Source: Alphaproteobacteria bacterium
GTDB lineage: Bacteria; Pseudomonadota; Alphaproteobacteria; UBA8317
DNA length: 64,000 nt
Assembly: GCA_038131935.1 (NCBI GenBank)
Contig: JAYPQH010000032.1
Location: forward strand, 1 to 64,000
Direction of reading: 5' to 3'
The notes beneath the pieces were generated by a model, which saw only the letters and a program-made list of their open reading frames with translations, ran no database searches and was not told the origin of the DNA. This document shows positions 62,586-64,000 of the stretch, piece after piece. Position 1 is the stretch's first letter. Every line of letters begins with the position of its first letter. The position numbers and the translations under genes are program-made.

Positions 62586-63395
62586 ATGAAATATTTTTCA
62601 CTCGCTGATAGAGGAAAACTTGCCTACGAGCTAACGGTACCTTCTCATGAGGACGGTATGACCTTTGTGTTTATCAATGCACTAACAGGTCATATGAGCG
62701 CATGGCACAATGAGACCATTACAGGGCAGTTACAAGCTGCTGGACATGGCACGTTATGTTACAACTTTCGAGGTCAGGAATTCAGCAGTTACTCTGGTCC
62801 CGAAGATGTTACCCCCCAAACCATTACCAATGATGTCATTGAATTGCTTCAAGGTTTGCAGCCTCCAAAGCCTATTCTTGTTGGCTTATCAATTGGTGGC
62901 TTATTCGCCGCTCAGGCTCATTTGTCGGGTATAAATTGTGAAGCCTTGGTATTCATCAACACCTTACGCAAACCTGGTGTTCGTTTGGACTGGATTAACA
63001 AAGCCATGGTCGCTGCCGCAACTATTGGCGGTAGCCAGCTTGTCATGGAGATGAACCTACCCCACTTGGTCAACCCAGATTTTGTTGAAGCTGCATGGCC
63101 TAATGCTCAATTTGAGAATTATACCCCTGGCAATCCTGAAGATGGCTTATATCAATTACTTGCACAATCACCACAGGCAGATTGGAATGTGATGTATGAG
63201 GATATTACGGCACCAGTTTTATCCATTACAGGGGTGCATGATCATGTTTTTCGTCGAGAAGATGACGTTGCGCAATTGGCATCACGTATTGCAAACCATA
63301 AAGAAATTCAAATGAACAATGCTGGGCATTTGGTTCCTATGGAACGCCCTGAAGAATTTAGCTCAATCTTATTGGATTATGCACAAATGCTTTGA
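62586..63395 (+). CDS. Alpha/beta hydrolase
   Basis: FINAL, NFRGQ, GLSIGG nucleophile elbow, G.HD, AGHL. Confidence 0.85.
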   Translation: MKYFSLADRGKLAYELTVPSHEDGMTFVFINALTGHMSAWHNETITGQLQAAGHGTLCYNFRGQEFSSYSGPEDVTPQTITNDVIELLQGLQPPKPILVGLSIGGLFAAQAHLSGINCEALVFINTLRKPGVRLDWINKAMVAAATIGGSQLVMEMNLPHLVNPDFVEAAWPNAQFENYTPGNPEDGLYQLLAQSPQADWNVMYEDITAPVLSITGVHDHVFRREDDVAQLASRIANHKEIQMNNAGHLVPMERPEEFSSILLDYAQML

Positions 63396-63592
63396 ATATT
63401 TTACGATAAGATGGCATCTTATGGGTCCACTAGTATCATAATGTTTCTGCAGTAGACTGTACCCAAGCCTATCAAGTTATGCATTATTTACATAGCAGTG
63501 ATGTATTTTTTTCTATGGGCAATCTATTTAATAACCCTCTACGGTGATAATGTTGCGAATGTAGCGGCTAAATAAAGAGAGTTTTTGCTTGT

Positions 63593-64000
63593 ATGGTTGA
63601 GGATTCCCAAGGGCAGGTTGTTGATAACAACGCCTCAAAAAAATTTGTACGTCTCATTTTTTTACTTATCATTCCTCTTATTGTGATCTGGTTAGCACTT
63701 TCCTTTTATTTTTCCGGAGGAAGATTTGTTTCAACACAAAATGCTTATGTTAAAGTTCCTATTATAAATATACGTGCACAAATTGACGGTCGCATATCAC
63801 AAACACATGTAAAAGATCATGTCGCAGTGGAAAAAAATCAATTTCTTATTACGCAAGATTCACAGCTCTTAGAAGCGCAGCAGAGAGCGAAGCAAGCGCA
63901 ATTGGATAAGATTAGGGTAAATATAAGAACACAAATAGCTCAGTTACGTGAAGCTGAAGTAAATATTTTACGCGCACAGGAAGAATTGAAAATGGCGCGA
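63593..64000 (+). CDS. HlyD/EmrA family membrane-fusion protein (truncated by window end)
   Basis: My translation MVEDSQ...RLIFLLIIPLIVIWLALSFYFSGGRFVSTQNAYVK.....I.A.IDGRI...V.D, then a coiled coil. Confidence 0.85.
   Translation, partial: MVEDSQGQVVDNNASKKFVRLIFLLIIPLIVIWLALSFYFSGGRFVSTQNAYVKVPIINIRAQIDGRISQTHVKDHVAVEKNQFLITQDSQLLEAQQRAKQAQLDKIRVNIRTQIAQLREAEVNILRAQEELKMAR

Overview
AT-rich chromosomal segment, most likely from a marine alphaproteobacterium. The evidence is the conserved phaC / aminotransferase-hom-glpX-recJ-tRNA-Glu block, aapJQMP, an alpha-beta-accessory Co-type nitrile hydratase, and a TakP-like TRAP system. Many genes are split by small indels, often at homopolymers and densest in the first ~9 kb; I read these as long-read or assembly errors rather than pseudogenes. 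Left part (1-21 kb): ROK kinase fragment, nitrile hydratase, amino-acid ABC transporter, DenD-like dehydrogenase, MATE, FeS-BCP (6-4) photolyase PhrB, small redox genes, AcnB and a Psip1-like secreted phosphatase. Middle part (~21-38.4 kb): an accessory region ending at a decayed P4-type integrase beside tRNA-Glu. It carries allophanate hydrolase with a Dpp-type ABC transporter and LysR, a complete Anbu operon (CP-ATP-grasp, alpha-E, transglutaminase, proteasome-type protease), a three-gene module (PepSY-like protein, membrane-anchored LuxR-type regulator, acidic 37-aa-repeat protein with a dockerin-like tail), and queF. Right part (38.5-64 kb): housekeeping genes and a long cluster of catabolic and transport genes of unknown substrate. 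Signals not in the ORF track: (i) a 16-bp motif, 14/16 identical, 110-111 bp upstream of both the PepSY gene and the repeat-protein gene, which suggests a small regulon; (ii) a 27-codon ORF upstream of phrB with a 16-nt perfect complement to the 16S rRNA 3' end, a perfect 22-bp palindrome and its own terminator; (iii) the integrase remnant next to tRNA-Glu. All family assignments come from recognising motifs by eye; no searches were run.
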